This document shows positions 9,578 to 19,248 of a DNA stretch of 64,000 nucleotides, piece by piece. The DNA is from Candidatus Omnitrophota bacterium (GTDB lineage Bacteria > Omnitrophota > Gorgyraeia > Gygaellales > Profunditerraquicolaceae), in assembly GCA_041650835.1 (NCBI GenBank), contig JBAZKL010000001.1, forward strand, positions 171,931 to 235,930, read 5' to 3'. A model generated the notes under the pieces. That model was not told where the DNA came from. It made no database searches and saw only the letters and a list, made by a program, of their open reading frames with translations. A program made the position numbers and the translations under genes. Position 1 is the first letter of the stretch. Every line of letters starts with the position of its first letter.

Positions 9578-10695
9578 TCTGATCGGCCCTTTTGGGTAAC
9601 CTTAAGCGTTGGGTAAAAATACCGCGTGGTATAATACGGATCATACAACTTCTGTAACAACTTATCAGAAAAGGTTTCCCGGCAGTAACTGAATTTCAAA
9701 CGGGATGAAATACGGGCAAAGCGTGTTTCAAGTGAGCGCATCAAACCTTTGAATTTATTGCCGTCGGCGGAATTATTCCTTACGACGCCTTTCAAACGCC
9801 CCTCCGATTCGATGAATTGGCAAAATTGCATCGCCTCTGCCGCCGTAGTTCTCGAAACGATGAACGTCAAGTTTAAATTCTCACAGCCACAGGCAAGAAG
9901 TTGCGTAATAGCCCCCCAGGCGGCGTCAAAATAACCGGTCCCCGTTGTGTTCTTATATGTCTGCCGGCACATCCCGTAGAGAGAGATCACCGGGAATATA
10001 TTCGGACGGAGGACCTTCTCAATGCCAAATGCCTGCAAAAGCGTACCATTGGTAAGTATGGTGAGCTTTTTTTCCGGGAAATCCGTTATCATCCAGCGGA
10101 TAAGCTTCTGCGCGCACGCGGAGAAAAAAGGCTCGCCTCCGGAAACAACTATTTCCTGCGCTGACGGAACGACTTCTTCCCTCAGTTCTTTGAGGATGCC
10201 TTCGGAGAGCTGATAACAGCTGCCTCTATGGCCTTCTTTCCCATTATAGCAGAAAAAACAATTATTATTGCAAGCCAGAGACGGGATAATGTAAACTTTT
10301 TTGGCAAAATAACCCAGCTTTGTTCCACCGGTAAGGATGGCCTTGCCCACATCGGGATTATCGCCGATAAATTCTTTTTCCTGGAAAAAAGGATTAAAAA
10401 AACAATCTCCCGCTTTCCAGCAATAACTCCAATCGCCCTTACGCGTCAATGCCCTCTGGACCTGAAATTCCCGGGCGTTCCACGACGCGCAGATCCCGGC
10501 AGATACGATCCTGCGGTTCTTCGTCAGAAAAGCATTCTTGCAGCAGGTCGAAACCATCACCCGCCGCTCATCAACGGGAGACACCCACAGCGTATAATAG
10601 CAGGAATAACAATGCTTCAAATTCCCCATATCATTACTTAAACTCCCCATGCGATCAATAACAGTATTGTTATGATCATTCTTTCCCGTAAACAC
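9574..10695 (-). CDS. Radical SAM protein with Cys-rich N-terminal domain (paralog B, tandem duplicate)
   Basis: CNNNCFFC, VSGGEPFFSA. Colinear similarity to 8519..9577 throughout (ILTNG.LL..FG, SLYGM.RQTY, VRNN). 4-nt overlap with paralog A. Confidence 0.7.
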   Translation of the reverse strand: MFTGKNDHNNTVIDRMGSLSNDMGNLKHCYSCYYTLWVSPVDERRVMVSTCCKNAFLTKNRRIVSAGICASWNAREFQVQRALTRKGDWSYCWKAGDCFFNPFFQEKEFIGDNPDVGKAILTGGTKLGYFAKKVYIIPSLACNNNCFFCYNGKEGHRGSCYQLSEGILKELREEVVPSAQEIVVSGGEPFFSACAQKLIRWMITDFPEKKLTILTNGTLLQAFGIEKVLRPNIFPVISLYGMCRQTYKNTTGTGYFDAAWGAITQLLACGCENLNLTFIVSRTTAAEAMQFCQFIESEGRLKGVVRNNSADGNKFKGLMRSLETRFARISSRLKFSYCRETFSDKLLQKLYDPYYTTRYFYPTLKVTQKGRSE

Positions 10696-12112
10696 ATGCC
10701 GTTGAATATCCCTGTTTGAATCCTTTAAGCGGTTTCCAGCCGTATTTATCGATATATCGCTTCAGGTCCCGGGAATTATCCGACTGAGGCGAATAAACGA
10801 TTATATCCAGATCGTCATTATTGACCCGAAACCACGCATTCACCGCGTCAAGTGAGGGCTTATCAAAGAGTTCCCGCACGATAAGCGGCTTTTTCACATA
10901 CCCCAGTTCCGGATAACGTAAGGCCGAGGTTAACGGCCAGGACGCCGCGATGATCGCGCGCGGATAATTCCGCTCGACAAACCGCGCTGCCGCGGCGTGG
11001 ACATTCACGCAAGCTACATAGGACATATTCCGTTCCAGGCGGGCACCGCTGCCGAATGGTTCTTGCTCTTTCAACGGGAAAAAGCAAGATACCAGCAGGA
11101 AAACGACCGCGCCGGCCGCCAGCACGCGTCCGCCGTGCCGGGGAACGCCTTCTATGAGCATGACCGAGGCGGTAATAGCCAAGAAGGGATACAGCGGCAG
11201 CCAGTAACGGGGTATATTGATCTCGTATATGCTATAGAATAAGAACGATCCCGCGAGAAACGTCGCGCTCAGCAGGAGAAAACGAAGAGGATTGTCCTCC
11301 AACGGCTTTCGCGGCGAACGGATGGACCTCATGAGCAAAAAAACCATCGTTACCTGCGCCAACGGGCTGTCCGCAATGAACATTCCAGCCGTACGCGTCA
11401 ATACCCGCAGGTCCATTCCTGAAAGCGGGCGGACATGCCCGATATAGAACTCCCAAACCGCCTGCGTTATCCATAACGGCTTCAGGCAAACAAGCAAAAC
11501 GATGATCACCATGGTAAAGGAAAAAAAGATCCCATAGTATCTTTTACGCTGCTGCCGGTCGATCATCGCTAAGAGCGCCAATGCCAGGGCTATCATAACA
11601 GCGCCCAACACTCCGTTCTCCTTTGAAGCGGCTGCGGCTGTCAATGCGGCGATAAAAAGCCCCTTATTGCCGCTCATGAGCGCGTAAACCGTCAAAACCA
11701 TAAACAACGTCACGAGCATTTCGGGCAGCACCAGAACGCTTTGCGCGTAAAACAAAGGAGCGCACGCGAGTAATACCAGCGCGTAGACAGCGGTGTCCCT
11801 GGTAAAAAGAAGTGCCGCGAGTTTGTAGGTATAGAACAACGTTGCCGCCGCGCAGAGCATACTGAACAAATGGAAAAACGATATTGACATACCGAATATA
11901 CCGGCAATGCTTTTGAGTATAAAATGAAAAAGTGTTTTTCTTTCCGGAAAAGACTGCGCGGCAGCACCGACATAGGCAAGCTCATCCCAGTGCGGCAAAA
12001 CGTTTAATACAGGAACCTTGCTCAGAATGAATATCCCCAGGATATAGAATACCCCGGACGGATAAGTATCGCCGCCATTTTTGTCTTTGCTGGAATTATT
12101 CCGCGAACCCAT
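10676..12112 (-). CDS. GT-C fold membrane glycosyltransferase (GT39/GT83, PMT/ArnT-like)
   Basis: Polytopic N-terminal half with a first-loop DE motif (PHWDELAYV) and a C-terminal soluble domain. Start re-set to ATG at 12110..12112 (MGSRNN...), because the track ORF (to 12454) overlaps the upstream gene that stops at 12114. Confidence 0.6.
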   Translation of the reverse strand: MGSRNNSSKDKNGGDTYPSGVFYILGIFILSKVPVLNVLPHWDELAYVGAAAQSFPERKTLFHFILKSIAGIFGMSISFFHLFSMLCAAATLFYTYKLAALLFTRDTAVYALVLLACAPLFYAQSVLVLPEMLVTLFMVLTVYALMSGNKGLFIAALTAAAASKENGVLGAVMIALALALLAMIDRQQRKRYYGIFFSFTMVIIVLLVCLKPLWITQAVWEFYIGHVRPLSGMDLRVLTRTAGMFIADSPLAQVTMVFLLMRSIRSPRKPLEDNPLRFLLLSATFLAGSFLFYSIYEINIPRYWLPLYPFLAITASVMLIEGVPRHGGRVLAAGAVVFLLVSCFFPLKEQEPFGSGARLERNMSYVACVNVHAAAARFVERNYPRAIIAASWPLTSALRYPELGYVKKPLIVRELFDKPSLDAVNAWFRVNNDDLDIIVYSPQSDNSRDLKRYIDKYGWKPLKGFKQGYSTACVYGKE

Positions 12113-12113
12113 A

Positions 12114-13400
12114 TTATTTTGTAAAATAGATCCTTTTTGACTGCGCAACGGCGACAATATTGCCTTTGCCGGCCGCGGTCCGGTTAAACGCCCAGATCTC
12201 CGCGCATAATCTTTCCCCTGCTGCCCCGACTCCGTCAAGCTCCATCCTGGAACTGAGGGTTGAACGCCTGGCTGCCAGAAAAAGCAGCCCCCTGCTGTTT
12301 TCACGATAAACGTCAACTCTGTATTCTGAAGCTCCGGATACCGGCTGCCATACCACGCGTTGCTCCTGTCCGTCATACCTGATCCCCTGCGCAGGCAAAA
12401 TATCATGCCTTGCCCCGATGAAAACCCTTTCTTCCTGAACACGTAAAGAAGCATCCCGTATCGTCAGCGTATACTCACCCGGCGACAGCGCCTGCATGAG
12501 CTGCACCCTGAATACCGAAAGCATCGTATTAAAGGCTGCCTCCCAACGCCTGCCCCGCGCGTCCTTTATAAAAACCGACCTGACCGAGCCCGGATTATTT
12601 ATCGCCGCGTCAAAAAACATTGTTTTTTTAGTGCCTTCAAGAAAGTCGCAGCTGGTTACCGGTTTGATACGCCACGAAAATATATCCGCCTCCCCCCCCG
12701 TGAACGTAAAAGAATATTCTCCCGACAGGGCGGAATTTGCCGCGAGATAATATTCGCTTTTTTCCCGCGACTGCGTCAACATCGTATCAAAGCCTCTGAG
12801 CCTTACAAAATATTTTTGCCCTTCTTTAAACCTGCGTTGATCAAGGAACAAGACGCACTCGTCAGACTCTCTCACCGGACAGTACATCTGCCGGTATACC
12901 GGCCTTCCGCGGTAGTCATAGAATTGCAGGGAGTAACTCACCACACTTTCATCATTCTTCCAAAGAATATATCCATTCCTGAAATCAAGGCGCTCCGGTA
13001 AAACAATGCTGCGATACTGCCAATAGATACTTTCCCGCTGTACTTCGCCGTTTCGGTACTTAAGGGCCAATTCATATTTCCCGGGGCCCATCGGGAGCCC
13101 CGGAGTTCCCCGGGAACGATACCTGTTTTTAAACCCGGGAACCGAAGTAAAATCGCCTGCCGTAAGTTTTACCGGCGCGCTTACTGAAGGAGGGACCAAA
13201 ACGATCGAGGTTATTTCCGGAAGTTTTCTCACCGAAGAAAAAATAACATGAACAGAGCTCTTACCGTTGTTTTGTTCCGAAAGAAGAGAGAAATCCAGCC
13301 GATGATGCGTCCCGGCGGGACTCCCCGACAAAAACGCCCATGCAGCGCTGGTGAACAGCGCGGCGGACAGAAAACCATACGCCAAAACATTCCTTTTCAT
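12114..13400 (-). CDS. Secreted hypothetical protein (signal peptide)
   Basis: N-terminal MKRNVLAYGFLSAALFTSAAWAF signal peptide, no recognisable catalytic motifs, stop abuts the start of the GT-C gene. Confidence 0.5.
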   Translation of the reverse strand: MKRNVLAYGFLSAALFTSAAWAFLSGSPAGTHHRLDFSLLSEQNNGKSSVHVIFSSVRKLPEITSIVLVPPSVSAPVKLTAGDFTSVPGFKNRYRSRGTPGLPMGPGKYELALKYRNGEVQRESIYWQYRSIVLPERLDFRNGYILWKNDESVVSYSLQFYDYRGRPVYRQMYCPVRESDECVLFLDQRRFKEGQKYFVRLRGFDTMLTQSREKSEYYLAANSALSGEYSFTFTGGEADIFSWRIKPVTSCDFLEGTKKTMFFDAAINNPGSVRSVFIKDARGRRWEAAFNTMLSVFRVQLMQALSPGEYTLTIRDASLRVQEERVFIGARHDILPAQGIRYDGQEQRVVWQPVSGASEYRVDVYRENSRGLLFLAARRSTLSSRMELDGVGAAGERLCAEIWAFNRTAAGKGNIVAVAQSKRIYFTK

Positions 13401-13412
13401 CGCCGGATATAC

Positions 13413-14336
13413 TCAGCTATAATTCGCATACGTGCTTGCGCGCCGCAGTTTGTGCAAAACAAACCCGCACAATAAGCCTGACCGATACCAAAACGCGATC
13501 GCGATTAAAAATCCCGCGGCTAAAAAACGCCGGACCCCTTCTGCCTTTACCCGCTTGAGGACCGCCACCCACCAACAACGTGTTCCATTCCGGGAACCTT
13601 TGACCTTTCCGTTCTTAATGACCGAGTAAGCCTTGCCTAACCCCTGAAGCCACGACCCGTAGAGGTACGCGGACACGCTTCTTTTCGAAGGGACGTGCTC
13701 TGTGGAAAGTTCAGCCAGGAAATACAGCTTCCCGCCGCGTTGAAGGATCCGGTCATTCAACTCCGTCTCCGCGCTGCCATACCGGATAGTTTCATCAAAA
13801 CAACCGCAGTTTTGTAATGTTTCTTTCCTGTACGCGCTCCCGCCGCCGAGAAGGGCGATTGTCCGGTTATCTTGGGTGATATTTTGCTCAAGATAAAAAT
13901 TATCCAATTCATTGCGGCATACCGCGTACAAATCATCGTTATTCTTTCGCAGATACCCGCCGCCGACAGCCATCGCGTCTTTAAACCGTTGGAAAGCGGC
14001 ATAGGCCCGTACCAGCCAAAGATCGTCCGGCAACAGGCAATCATCATCCAGGAAACACAGTATTTTACCCTTTGCCGTCCCTATCCCCGCGTTGCGCGCG
14101 GCATTGGCTCCCGGAGACAAAGCGATAATATGTTGAACGAAAAGGCTTTCTTCCTTTTTTCGGGTGAGCCATTCTTTTGTTTCTGTATCCCGCTGGTCCA
14201 CGGCAATGATAATTTCATGCTCCACGGTTTCACTTACAGCCTGTTGCCGCAAAACAGACCCCAAACATTGCCTAAGCGCAGCCAGCCTGTTGCAGGTAGG
14301 TATAATGATCGATATGGAGGCTCGCGGACCGTTCAT
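13413..14336 (-). CDS. Family 2 glycosyltransferase
   Basis: ISIIIPTCNRLAALRQCLGSVLRQ N-terminal GT-A motif and DDD (FLDDDCLLP). Confidence 0.8.
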   Translation of the reverse strand: MNGPRASISIIIPTCNRLAALRQCLGSVLRQQAVSETVEHEIIIAVDQRDTETKEWLTRKKEESLFVQHIIALSPGANAARNAGIGTAKGKILCFLDDDCLLPDDLWLVRAYAAFQRFKDAMAVGGGYLRKNNDDLYAVCRNELDNFYLEQNITQDNRTIALLGGGSAYRKETLQNCGCFDETIRYGSAETELNDRILQRGGKLYFLAELSTEHVPSKRSVSAYLYGSWLQGLGKAYSVIKNGKVKGSRNGTRCWWVAVLKRVKAEGVRRFLAAGFLIAIAFWYRSGLLCGFVLHKLRRASTYANYS

Positions 14337-14366
14337 AAGGTTGATATTCCTGAAATCTTTTCCACA

Positions 14367-15437
14367 CTACAATTTATTGCTGTTCTTCCGGAAAAAAGGG
14401 TCATCGGCGAATCTGTCCCCCGTCGTATTAAACGCAACCGCGCGGCAGCCGTAAAAATGGCTATGCTTACCCTGCGCTCCGTTATATATATAGCCCCGGA
14501 TCTTTCTCACCTTTGCCGAAGACATAATTTCACTGAGGCTACGGCGCCGGGCATCGCCAAGGGTTTCCGCGAGATAGCCGCACATCTGGACTTTCCCGTC
14601 GCTGCCGACACAACAGCCGGTCTTAACAACCGAACACCCGAGCGCGGCGATCGGATAGGTATGCTCAGGGTCCCAGGAAAACCCGAATTCCTCGTCGATA
14701 AACCGCAGACGGATAAAAAGATCACGCAGTTTTTCAGGAGAAACCCTCAAGCCGTTAAAATATCTCTCGTTTTGATTCCGCGGCGGGACAAGTACTTGGA
14801 AATAGGGAATGATATTTCTGCGCCGGAACTCACCCCACATCTGCGGGATTTCAGCGTAATTACTCCGGCAGATCACCGTGTGGATAGACAGCCGGGACGG
14901 CTTTTTGGTAAAACCCGCTTGTTCAAGACAGCGCAGCCCCCGCAAGATTTTCCCTGAAGATCCTTTTACGCCGGTAAGCGAATCCTGAATACGCGGATCA
15001 AAACTGTTTAATTTACAGACGATCGTCACGTCAAGGCCATAGAGCACCTCAGCGGCGCGCTCATCGATCAGCGTATTATTGGTAAACACAACCACATTCA
15101 ACCCCAGGGAATTGGCATCCCGGATAAGCGCATAAATATCTTTGCCGGTCCGGTCATCCCTGTACATAAAGGGCTCTCCTTCCCCGATGATCGACAGGGA
15201 ACGAAGCCCCATTTCCGCGGCTTGAGACATAATCCGCGCAAAGCGCCCATACCCCAGCGCGCTACGGCTCCTTTGGCTGTAACAATACCGGCACTTCAAA
15301 TTACAGCCTACCGGTAATTTCAGGCTTAAACTTAAAAGCCGGTTCTTATCAATAGCTTCGCTGATCTGGCGCGCGGAAAAACTGCGGCTCAGCCGCGGCG
15401 GAGCATGCAATCTCTTTTTGTTACGCTCAGCACACAT
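14367..15437 (-). CDS. Radical SAM/SPASM domain protein
   Basis: CNLKCRYCY, IIGEGEPFMY, C-terminal SPASM (CCVGSDGKVQMCGYL...LGDARRRSLSEIM...C). Confidence 0.8.
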   Translation of the reverse strand: MCAERNKKRLHAPPRLSRSFSARQISEAIDKNRLLSLSLKLPVGCNLKCRYCYSQRSRSALGYGRFARIMSQAAEMGLRSLSIIGEGEPFMYRDDRTGKDIYALIRDANSLGLNVVVFTNNTLIDERAAEVLYGLDVTIVCKLNSFDPRIQDSLTGVKGSSGKILRGLRCLEQAGFTKKPSRLSIHTVICRSNYAEIPQMWGEFRRRNIIPYFQVLVPPRNQNERYFNGLRVSPEKLRDLFIRLRFIDEEFGFSWDPEHTYPIAALGCSVVKTGCCVGSDGKVQMCGYLAETLGDARRRSLSEIMSSAKVRKIRGYIYNGAQGKHSHFYGCRAVAFNTTGDRFADDPFFRKNSNKL

Positions 15438-17076
15438 ACGTATCCCTATTCAACGGCACTTCAAGGACATTTGTTACTTGCGCGGACAAAGCCTTACGCA
15501 AGGCCTTTCGAAATTCATCTTCGCCGGATACCCGGCACCCCACAGCGCCATTGGCCTGTGCCAAGCGCACAAAATCAACCTTCCCAAAATCAGTGATCGC
15601 AGGATTATGTCCCCCTAATCCCTTTTTTTGATAATGGCGGATAAGCCCGACTGAATTGTCGCAAAAAACGACACAAACCACCGGCAGCTTGTTTCGCACG
15701 CTTGTTTCCAATTCCGGGCTGCTCAAATGAAATCCCGCGTCCCCGCACACCGCGACGACGTTTCTTTCCGGACAAGCCCTTTTCGCCCCAAGAGCTGCCG
15801 GCAGGCCAAAACCCATGCTTCCCAAACCGTTCGAACAAAAGAAAGACTTCGGCTTTTTTGCTTCATAGTAAAGCGACACGTATTGTTTGTGTAAACCGAC
15901 ATCGGATATCAGGATATCCTGCGCTGAAAGTTCCTCATTAAGGACATTGACGATCGCAAATGGCGTAAGGCCGGAACGCTTCCCAAAAGTATCTTCCCGG
16001 TATTCCAACAGCTCTTTTTTAAGTTTTGCTGTTATTTTCAGGTCCCGCGGGGCCTCCCAGGATTTTCCGGTCAACCTCTCAGAGAACGTGCGATACGCCA
16101 TGCTGATATGCGCGTCCACGGGAATAAAGGCAAAGCTATCTTCCACGATCGAATTGATCGCGCACACTTTTTTCTCGCGGCCGAAGCGCCATAATTCCGG
16201 GGTTATCCCTTCAACCATATCGAAACCCGCAAGCAGGATACAATCGGTATCTTCGAATATTTTCTTTAATGTCCCGGGGATAAAACAATCCAGATACTTA
16301 CTGACGGTCCCCAGATAATACGGTGATTCTGGGGGGATCACTCCTTTTCCGCCATAAGTGGTAACAACCGGTATCCGCAAACGCCGCAACAGCTTTTGCA
16401 GCTGCGTTACTTCTGCCGCGCTCCTCACCGCGCTGCCTACGATACAGATCGGATCTTTGCTTTGCCTGATCAGCGTCAACAGATCCTTAATACCGGAAAA
16501 GCCGGCGGGGCGGGTATATACGCGGCTGTCTTTTCCTGCTAGAGCGATACCACCATCAGGCAACGGCCGGAACCCGGTTTTTGCCCTGAAAATATCCAGG
16601 GGAATACTTAAAAAACACGGGCCCGGGATCCCCGATTCAGCGATCGTCGCGGCCCTGAGAATTTCAAGCTGCAGCTCGGAAACAGAGCTTACTTCTTTAG
16701 CGTATTTCGTGATCGGACGCATCAAAGCAACCTGATCCACATACTGATGCGTGGAGGGATGGATCGACAACGATTCCACCTGAGCGGAAATTGCCAGCAT
16801 CGGGGCACGGTCTAAATACGCCGATGCGATACCGGTTGCCAAATTAGTTGCTCCCGGTCCGAACGTCGAATAACAGACTCCGATTTTACCGGTCAACCTT
16901 CCTTGTATATCAGCCATGAATGCCGCCGAGCGCTCATCGCGCGTGAGCATGAACTCCACGCCTTTAACCTCGTTAAACGCGATGGCCTCGGCTTCCCTGC
17001 CCACAATACCGAAGATATGCTTTGTTCCGCGGCTTTTGAGCGTCCGCAATAAGATGTGCGCGCCGGTAAGCATCAT
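15427..17076 (-). CDS. Thiamine-pyrophosphate enzyme, acetolactate-synthase-large-subunit-like (possible YerE-like sugar-branching enzyme)
   Basis: N-terminal TPP-Pyr domain GVCYSTFGPGATNLATGIASAYLDRAPMLAI, central and C-terminal TPP-binding domains (GLGSMGFGLPAALGA), 549 aa. Confidence 0.8.
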   Translation of the reverse strand: MMLTGAHILLRTLKSRGTKHIFGIVGREAEAIAFNEVKGVEFMLTRDERSAAFMADIQGRLTGKIGVCYSTFGPGATNLATGIASAYLDRAPMLAISAQVESLSIHPSTHQYVDQVALMRPITKYAKEVSSVSELQLEILRAATIAESGIPGPCFLSIPLDIFRAKTGFRPLPDGGIALAGKDSRVYTRPAGFSGIKDLLTLIRQSKDPICIVGSAVRSAAEVTQLQKLLRRLRIPVVTTYGGKGVIPPESPYYLGTVSKYLDCFIPGTLKKIFEDTDCILLAGFDMVEGITPELWRFGREKKVCAINSIVEDSFAFIPVDAHISMAYRTFSERLTGKSWEAPRDLKITAKLKKELLEYREDTFGKRSGLTPFAIVNVLNEELSAQDILISDVGLHKQYVSLYYEAKKPKSFFCSNGLGSMGFGLPAALGAKRACPERNVVAVCGDAGFHLSSPELETSVRNKLPVVCVVFCDNSVGLIRHYQKKGLGGHNPAITDFGKVDFVRLAQANGAVGCRVSGEDEFRKALRKALSAQVTNVLEVPLNRDTYVC

Positions 17077-17082
17077 ATACAG

Positions 17083-18009
17083 TTATTCCTGTAAGCGATT
17101 TTGATGTACAATTTTCCCCCCCAGCCACTCGCCCCTGACGATCTGGCCGAAATACCGGAAAAACCCGGGCAGATATGCCGGCGACCGCGCGCAGCGGAAA
17201 AAAACCGGAATAAGCCGCGGGCATAATAGGTTTAAAAAACTGAAACGGAATAAGAGCTTCCCCCACAAGCCAAAAACGGTATATCCTCCCTTGAGAAATC
17301 CCAACGCGTACCTGCGCTGATCCCGAACAAAACACGCCCAACCGGGATCGCCGCTCCATTTATGATGGATGACCCTGGCGGCAGGAGCGAACATGATAAC
17401 TTTTCCCCCGCGGACCAATTCGTCATTAAACAAACTGTCTTCAAACCCCAGCCCCTTATATGCTTCCGGAAATCCATGGCCCTCTATTTCTTTCGCCCTA
17501 TACGCGCTGTTGCAACCCGGAATGTTTTTTATCCTGCGCACCGCGCCCGCGGGAAACCAGGAAGAAAACTCAATGATATATGAAGCCCGGGATAACGCCG
17601 AGCCGCCCGCGTTCACGACACTGCCGCCGACGGCTGCCGCCTGCGGATAGCTGCGAAACACCTCCATAATTATCGAGAGCCAGTTAGCTTCCGGCCGGCA
17701 ATCATCATCCAGGAACACGATGATATCACCGCGGGCCATTTCCCTGCCCCGGTTACGCGCCGCGGCAACTCCACGATTCTCCGGGTTACGCACGGCCTGA
17801 AGCCGCTTTCCGCAGCGGCGCAACAGACTTTCTACCTCAGCGGCCGTAGCATCATCGGAGGCGTCATCCACGATAATGACCTCAAACCCATCCTGCGGAT
17901 AGTCAAGCCGAAGCACGCTCTCCACGCATTCGCGCAAACTCCCGGCGCGATTATACGTAGGGATCACGATGCTTACGTACGGCATACTCCGTTTAAGTCC
18001 TGCGCGCAT
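17083..18009 (-). CDS. Family 2 glycosyltransferase
   Basis: VSIVIPTYNRAGSLRECVESVLRL...IIVDDASDD. The track ORF runs to 18249 but overlaps the aminotransferase gene, so start placed at the internal Met (MRAGLK, 18009; alternative 17985). Confidence 0.7.
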   Translation of the reverse strand: MRAGLKRSMPYVSIVIPTYNRAGSLRECVESVLRLDYPQDGFEVIIVDDASDDATAAEVESLLRRCGKRLQAVRNPENRGVAAARNRGREMARGDIIVFLDDDCRPEANWLSIIMEVFRSYPQAAAVGGSVVNAGGSALSRASYIIEFSSWFPAGAVRRIKNIPGCNSAYRAKEIEGHGFPEAYKGLGFEDSLFNDELVRGGKVIMFAPAARVIHHKWSGDPGWACFVRDQRRYALGFLKGGYTVFGLWGKLLFRFSFLNLLCPRLIPVFFRCARSPAYLPGFFRYFGQIVRGEWLGGKIVHQNRLQE

Positions 18010-19243
18010 AATAGTGCCTGATTTCACGAGCGACTCTTTCAGCGTCTTTTTCCGGTAGCGTATGGGAGATCGGCAGCGAAATAATTTCTCCGCACCCCTG
18101 TTCGCAAGACGGAAAATCTCCCTCCCGGTACCCAAGATGACGGCATTCATTACGCAAATGAAGCGGTATCTTACAAAAAACCCTGGACTGGATCCCCTTA
18201 CCCGAAAGATGCTCCAGGAGCTCATCCCGCCTTTGGACCCGCAGCACATAGTTCCAATATACCTGCTCCCGGGTTTTCTCCGTCTGAATAACTGTGATTT
18301 GAGAAATACCTTCTAACAACGAATCATAGCATTGCGCGATCGTCCTGCGCTTGGCGACGATCTCGCGAAAATGAAGCAGCTTTACTTTTAAGAACGGGAT
18401 ATGCGCCGGGTCCAGGCAGCATGGAGAGCGATGGCTTTTCAAGATCCCGGAGCTATTGTGGACCGGCTGCCGCATTTCTCTGGCTTTTTGAGCAAGCAGC
18501 GGGTCGGATGTTACCAACATACCGCCGTCACCTAAGCCGCTGATAAATTTTGACGGATGAAAGCTAAAACACCCGGCGTTGCCGAATGAACCGACCTTGG
18601 CGCCGTTTATTGCCGCGCCCTGCGCCTGGCAGGCATCTTCGACCAGCGCTAAACGGTATTTCCGGGCAAGCGCGACGATCGCTTCGAGCGCGCACGGCCT
18701 GCCATAGGCGTGTACCGGCAGGAGCGCTTTTGTGCGCGGATTGATCTTTTCTTCGATCTTGTCCGGATCGATACTAAAATCATCGCCCGTGTCCACAAAA
18801 ACGGGGACCGCGCCGGCATCCATGATCGCCAGCACCGTGGCAATATAGGTGTGCGGGGTGGTGATCACTTCATCACCCGGGCCGATACCCAGGCCCAGTA
18901 AGCTGTAAGCCAGCGCCGCGGTGCCGGAAGCAAGCCCGACCGCCTCGGATACCCCGCAAAAATCAGCGTAAAGACGCTCGAATTCGCGCGTATAGAGCTC
19001 AATATCAAAATCGTTGCGCGCCCGTAATAGTTTATTCAATTCCCCGGTTATCTCTTCCAGATAAAGAGCGTTCTCCCCGGCATAATCGGAATAGGGAATA
19101 TCGTAGGTCGTCTGGACAAAAGAAACCGCCTTTAAGGTGATATCCCGCAGGAGACGCGCCCTCCGGAACCTGCCGCCACGCAGGCAGTTCCGAATGACCC
19201 GCCACGCGCTTCTTGCGGCACCCAATCCTGATATCATTTCCAC
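17993..19243 (-). CDS. DegT/DnrJ/EryC1/StrS-family PLP-dependent sugar aminotransferase
   Basis: SFHPSKFISGLGDGGMLVTSD active-site Lys region and the DxxQAxGA motif. Confidence 0.85.
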   Translation of the reverse strand: MEMISGLGAARSAWRVIRNCLRGGRFRRARLLRDITLKAVSFVQTTYDIPYSDYAGENALYLEEITGELNKLLRARNDFDIELYTREFERLYADFCGVSEAVGLASGTAALAYSLLGLGIGPGDEVITTPHTYIATVLAIMDAGAVPVFVDTGDDFSIDPDKIEEKINPRTKALLPVHAYGRPCALEAIVALARKYRLALVEDACQAQGAAINGAKVGSFGNAGCFSFHPSKFISGLGDGGMLVTSDPLLAQKAREMRQPVHNSSGILKSHRSPCCLDPAHIPFLKVKLLHFREIVAKRRTIAQCYDSLLEGISQITVIQTEKTREQVYWNYVLRVQRRDELLEHLSGKGIQSRVFCKIPLHLRNECRHLGYREGDFPSCEQGCGEIISLPISHTLPEKDAERVAREIRHYYARRT

Positions 19244-19248
19244 CTCTT

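Noticed and set aside
7520-15437. Calling one of the SPASM radical SAMs an anaerobic sulfatase-maturating enzyme for the neighbouring sulfatase-like gene
   Set aside because: anSMEs carry the CxxxCxxC motif within the first ~25 residues and have a characteristic length and second-cluster spacing. Here the motifs sit at aa ~30-135, and the sulfatase-like protein lacks the Arg of the FGly motif. Kept only as a low-confidence note.
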